Part shown: positions 60,430 to 64,000 of the stretch, one piece after another
Numbering within the stretch: the first letter of the stretch is position 1
Layout of the letters: every line of letters starts with the position of its first letter
DNA from: Verrucomicrobiia bacterium
GTDB taxonomy: Bacteria > Verrucomicrobiota > Verrucomicrobiia > Limisphaerales > UBA1319
Assembly: GCA_963664225.1 (NCBI GenBank)
Contig: OY760937.1
Span: 1,952,001 to 2,016,000 of the forward strand
Reading direction: 5' to 3'
DNA: 64,000 nucleotides
Program-made: the position numbers and the translations under genes
Notes under the pieces: generated by a model
The model's input: only the letters and a program-made list of their open reading frames with translations
The model's database searches: none
What the model was told of the DNA's origin: nothing

Positions 60430-61485
60430 TTATCTGGCAGCCGTTCCCGAGTATTTCTTGAACCGGCTGGAAGGAGTGACCTTGGTTCCGGTTGGGGTGA
60501 TTTCGACGACGAGCGCCGCGGCGCCGGGGTGTTTTTCCACGTAAGCCAGGCCGCGACGGGCGCCATATACGCAGATCGCTTTGGCCAGACCGTCGCTTTC
60601 GGTTCCAGTGCGGGCAATGGTGGTCACGCCGATGCGTTCCGTCAGGCCCAGACCGGTCCTTGGATCGACGATGTGCGAATAACGCTGACCGCCAATCTCC
60701 ACGTATTGCTCGGTGTCGCCGGATGTGGAGATACCCACGTTGGCGAGTACCACTTCCCCGGTAAGGCCTTGCAGCGGATGGTCAATGGAGGCGATGCCAA
60801 TCTCCCAGCCATTTTTGCCCGGAGGCGGATCGCCCAATGAAATGTCCCCGCTGGCGGCGGCCATGGCGCGGGTGATTCCCATGCCGCGCAGGAGCTTCAA
60901 GGCCTCTTCCGCAGCGAATCCTTTGCCAATGCCCCCGAGGTCCAGTTTCATTCCGGGAACGGTCAGGGTGGCGGTATGGTTCTTTTCGTCGATCTTGAGT
61001 TTTTTGTAGCCGACAGCCTGACTGGCCATGCGAACGGCTTCGGGGGTTGGGAGCACATGCGTCCTTCTGGCCTGACGCCACAAGGAAACGAATGGGCCCA
61101 CGGTGATGTCGAACGCTCCATCACTTTCCTTCGAGATCTCGTGGGACTTCTTAAGAACCGCAAACAGATCATCGCTGAGCCTGACTGGAACGCCCACGGG
61201 CTGGCGGCAGAGCTGCATCAGTTCGCTCTTGGGATCGTAATCGGTCATGATGTTTTCCAGCGCGTCGATGCGATGGTAAACGGCCTCTGCGGCGTGATCT
61301 GCGGTTTGCCGGTCAGGCGCATAGAGGACGACCCGGAAGATGCTGGCCATGTGCAGTTCGGCATAGGCGAAGCGCTGGAGAGGCGGCTGCGCTTGAGATT
61401 CCAAGTGGCGGCAGCCAAGGGTTCCAAGCAAAAGCAATGCGGTCAGGACACCGGTCCAGGAAAGCAGGGGAAGGCGCAAATTCAT
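60430..61485 (-). CDS. apbE: FAD:protein FMN transferase (lipoprotein)
   Basis: Lipobox LGC, GAFDITV, LDLGGIGKG, STSG, SHIVDPRTG. Confidence 0.92.
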   Translation of the reverse strand: MNLRLPLLSWTGVLTALLLLGTLGCRHLESQAQPPLQRFAYAELHMASIFRVVLYAPDRQTADHAAEAVYHRIDALENIMTDYDPKSELMQLCRQPVGVPVRLSDDLFAVLKKSHEISKESDGAFDITVGPFVSLWRQARRTHVLPTPEAVRMASQAVGYKKLKIDEKNHTATLTVPGMKLDLGGIGKGFAAEEALKLLRGMGITRAMAAASGDISLGDPPPGKNGWEIGIASIDHPLQGLTGEVVLANVGISTSGDTEQYVEIGGQRYSHIVDPRTGLGLTERIGVTTIARTGTESDGLAKAICVYGARRGLAYVEKHPGAAALVVEITPTGTKVTPSSRFKKYSGTAAR

Positions 61486-61513
61486 GGCACAAATGAGTTA
61501 AGAGGTAGACAAC

Positions 61514-61993
61514 CTAGCACTTGCAGAAGGTGCGATTGATTCTGGCCATCTCGATGGCCGTCAAGGCGGCCTCTGTGCCGCGATTGTGTTCCCTGCCCAG
61601 ACAACGGGCTTTGGCCTGGGCTTCGTTACCGAGTAGAAGCACGCCGTGAATGATCGGCAGGCGATAATCGATTTGGATGCGCGCCAGGGATTGGCTGACG
61701 GCTTCGCTAATCAGTTGGGCATGAGCGGTTTCACCCTGAATGACCACACCCAGGCAGATGATGACTTCGGGGCGGTTTGTTTCACAATGGGCCAGTTGAG
61801 CGGCGATCACCGGGATTTCAAAGGCACCGGGAACTCGCACAATTTGCACGTCTTTGACTCCGGCGGCTGCGAGGGTGGTTTTCGCGGCGCGCAGCATGGA
61901 ATCGACGTAGCGGGCGTTGTATTTGGAGGCGACGATGGCAACGCGTCCGTTGGTCAACCGCGCGCCGGGATTCTTTTTTACAGGTTTAAGCAT
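61514..61993 (-). CDS. ribH: 6,7-dimethyl-8-ribityllumazine synthase
   Basis: VPGAFEIP, LGVVIQGETAH, GTEAALTAIEM. Confidence 0.95.
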   Translation of the reverse strand: MLKPVKKNPGARLTNGRVAIVASKYNARYVDSMLRAAKTTLAAAGVKDVQIVRVPGAFEIPVIAAQLAHCETNRPEVIICLGVVIQGETAHAQLISEAVSQSLARIQIDYRLPIIHGVLLLGNEAQAKARCLGREHNRGTEAALTAIEMARINRTFCKC

Positions 61994-62024
61994 GGTCTGT
62001 TATGAGAGTCAGGTTCCGATCAGC

Positions 62025-63224
62025 CTAAAGCAAGTGGCCGAGTTTCACGCGCTTTGTTTCCAAATACTTCTCGTTGTGTGGATTGGATTTAATGCGAATG
62101 GGGACTTGCTGAACGATTTCCAATCCGTAGCCTTCGAGGCCAACCACTTTCTTGGGATTGTTGGTCAGGAGCCGGATGGTCTTCAGGCCCAGATCGGACA
62201 GGATTTGAGCGCCCAAGCCGTATTCGCGCAAGTCCATGGGGTAACCGAGTTTAAGATTGGCCTCCACAGTGTCATAGCCACGTTCCTGCAACTTGTAGGC
62301 GCGGATTTTCGGACCCAGTCCGATCCCCCTGCCCTCCTGGCGCATATAAACGATGACGCCTTTTCCTTCGGCGGCAATCTGACGCATGGCTTGATGAAGC
62401 TGGTGGCCGCAGTCGCAACGTTGAGAGCCGAAAACATCACCGGTAAGGCATTCGCTATGCACGCGCACGAGAACGTTTTTCGCGCCGGCCACTTTGCCAC
62501 GCACCAGGGCAAGGTGATTCTGGCCGTCGGTTTTCGATTCGTAGAGGTAGAGATCGAAATCGCCGTACTCGGTGGGCATGCGCACCACTTCGACGCGTTC
62601 GACGAGTTTTTCGCGCTGGCGGCGGTATTCGATGAGGGCCTCGATGGAGCAAATCTTAAGTTTGTGGCGTTTGGCGAATTTGATCAATTGCGGCAGACGG
62701 GCCATGGTGCCGTCGTCGTTCATGATCTCGCAAATCACACCGACCGGACGGCATCCGGCCAGAATGGCGAGATCGACGGTGGCTTCCGTGTGGCCTGCGC
62801 GTTGGAGAACGCCTCCGGGCTTCGCGCGCAATGGAAATATGTGGCCCGGCTGCACCAGGTCATTGGGCACGGCCGTGGGATCGGCCATGATTTTAATGGT
62901 GAGCGCGCGGTCTGCGGCGCTGATCCCCGTGGTGATGCCATTGGCGGCATCGACGCTGACCTGAAAATCGGTTTTGAAGGTTTCGCGGTTTTGAACCACC
63001 ATTTGCTCGATGCCCAGTTGCTTGAGGCGGTTCGAGTGTGTGGGCACGCAAATGAGGCCGCGGCCAAAGCGGGCCATGAAATTAATCGCCGCCGGAGTCA
63101 CATGCTCCGCCGCCATCAGCAAATCGCCTTCATTCTCCCGATCGGCGTCATCGACCACAATGACCATCCGGCCGGCGCGAATGTCCGCCACCACATCTTC
63201 AATTTCATCAAACAGTTTCTTCAT
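62025..63224 (-). CDS. ribBA: Bifunctional DHBP synthase / GTP cyclohydrolase II
   Basis: [48 protein letters not shown]. Confidence 0.97.
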   Translation of the reverse strand: MKKLFDEIEDVVADIRAGRMVIVVDDADRENEGDLLMAAEHVTPAAINFMARFGRGLICVPTHSNRLKQLGIEQMVVQNRETFKTDFQVSVDAANGITTGISAADRALTIKIMADPTAVPNDLVQPGHIFPLRAKPGGVLQRAGHTEATVDLAILAGCRPVGVICEIMNDDGTMARLPQLIKFAKRHKLKICSIEALIEYRRQREKLVERVEVVRMPTEYGDFDLYLYESKTDGQNHLALVRGKVAGAKNVLVRVHSECLTGDVFGSQRCDCGHQLHQAMRQIAAEGKGVIVYMRQEGRGIGLGPKIRAYKLQERGYDTVEANLKLGYPMDLREYGLGAQILSDLGLKTIRLLTNNPKKVVGLEGYGLEIVQQVPIRIKSNPHNEKYLETKRVKLGHLL

Positions 63225-63430
63225 ACTTCACCGAACAAAGTCCGCTTATTCTATGCCGGATTGGCCCAATGTCACCCCTAATGATGGAGGGGGACTGCGG
63301 GTGCAGGACAAAACTCCCGGCAAGCAAGAAAGATCGGGGAACCCGATGAACCCGCAGACGAGGAAGTCCGCACTAAAGGGAAAGGTCCTGCGATCCCTGC
63401 TTTGTTCGCGCATTGCGACGATTGAGCCCG

Positions 63431-64000
63431 TCAGAGGCGGGGCTTTCCCTGTGGATTGCTCACCAAACGCCAGAGGGTCCTGATGATGAAAAAGTCCAGG
63501 ACGACGATGATGATGCCCGTCGCAACCGCGAGGAGGGTTGAACTGGCACCATGATGAGCCAGGTCATTTGCCAGCCGTGTGATGAAATCCAGATGAACAT
63601 GCTCCGGGTCGTTCAGCGCCTGTAGGTACATCGCTTCGTTCGCATGGAGATCCACCAGCAGGCGCTTGGGCAGGACAAATAAAAAGACGATCGATCCATC
63701 GAACGCCAGCAGCGGGAAGAGCACGCCATCGAAAACCGCCAGTCCCAAGCCGCGGAGCTTTCCGCCCGATCGCCGGATTTGGGAGACGGCAATCCACCCG
63801 AGGATCGTCGTGCCGAATGGGGCGCTGCAACCCAGAGGCAGCAACACCAGAATCTCCGCCGTCTGCCACAAGCCGTAGCCGAAGCTGGACTGTTGAATGA
63901 CCCCAGTGAACCGAACCACCAGTATTCCGATAAAAATCAGGAAAGAGAACGGCACCCAGCACGCGCCCGCGATGGCGTTGCGCGAGAGGCGCGACGGTGC
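63431..64000 (-). CDS. 3' part of a membrane protein (begins outside the window)
   Basis: Frame open to the window edge ([18 protein letters not shown]...); several TM helices, [24 protein letters not shown]. Confidence 0.7.
   Translation of the reverse strand, partial: APSRLSRNAIAGACWVPFSFLIFIGILVVRFTGVIQQSSFGYGLWQTAEILVLLPLGCSAPFGTTILGWIAVSQIRRSGGKLRGLGLAVFDGVLFPLLAFDGSIVFLFVLPKRLLVDLHANEAMYLQALNDPEHVHLDFITRLANDLAHHGASSTLLAVATGIIIVVLDFFIIRTLWRLVSNPQGKPRL

Noticed and set aside
63225..63430. FMN riboswitch upstream of ribBA
   Set aside because: The conserved RFN sequence blocks could not be found; only a promoter-like GTGACA-N16-TAGAAT is visible.

Overview
GC-rich bacterial chromosome segment. 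The DUF1559/H-X9-DG prepilin, the FYR-terminated secreted proteins, the BlaI-M56 pair and the REP families suggest Verrucomicrobiota (inference). Housekeeping genes: dnaE, a DinG-family helicase, ribBA, ribH, apbE, RluA- and RlmN-like enzymes, tRNA-Asp. Many carbohydrate-active genes are also present (GH51, GalM, GH78-like, a CE15 fusion, CBM proteins, a sodium:solute symporter). The most unusual region is ~4.5-12.6 kb, where a TolB-like/FGE/MBOAT/SGNH operon is split by ~7.9 kb of repeat-rich DNA. It holds four copies of a 110-bp attI-like site, each followed by different integron-type cassette genes and attC-like hairpins, with no integrase in the window. It also holds two copies of a 156-bp in-frame mini-ORF that is a collinear, multiply deleted digest of the operon's first two genes. 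Elsewhere there are three tandem arrays (76/85/85-bp units) built on one REP-like hairpin, a second promoter+start-codon duplication that creates a coupled leader peptide, and several dispersed intergenic repeats. All family assignments come from motif recognition by eye; no database searches were run.
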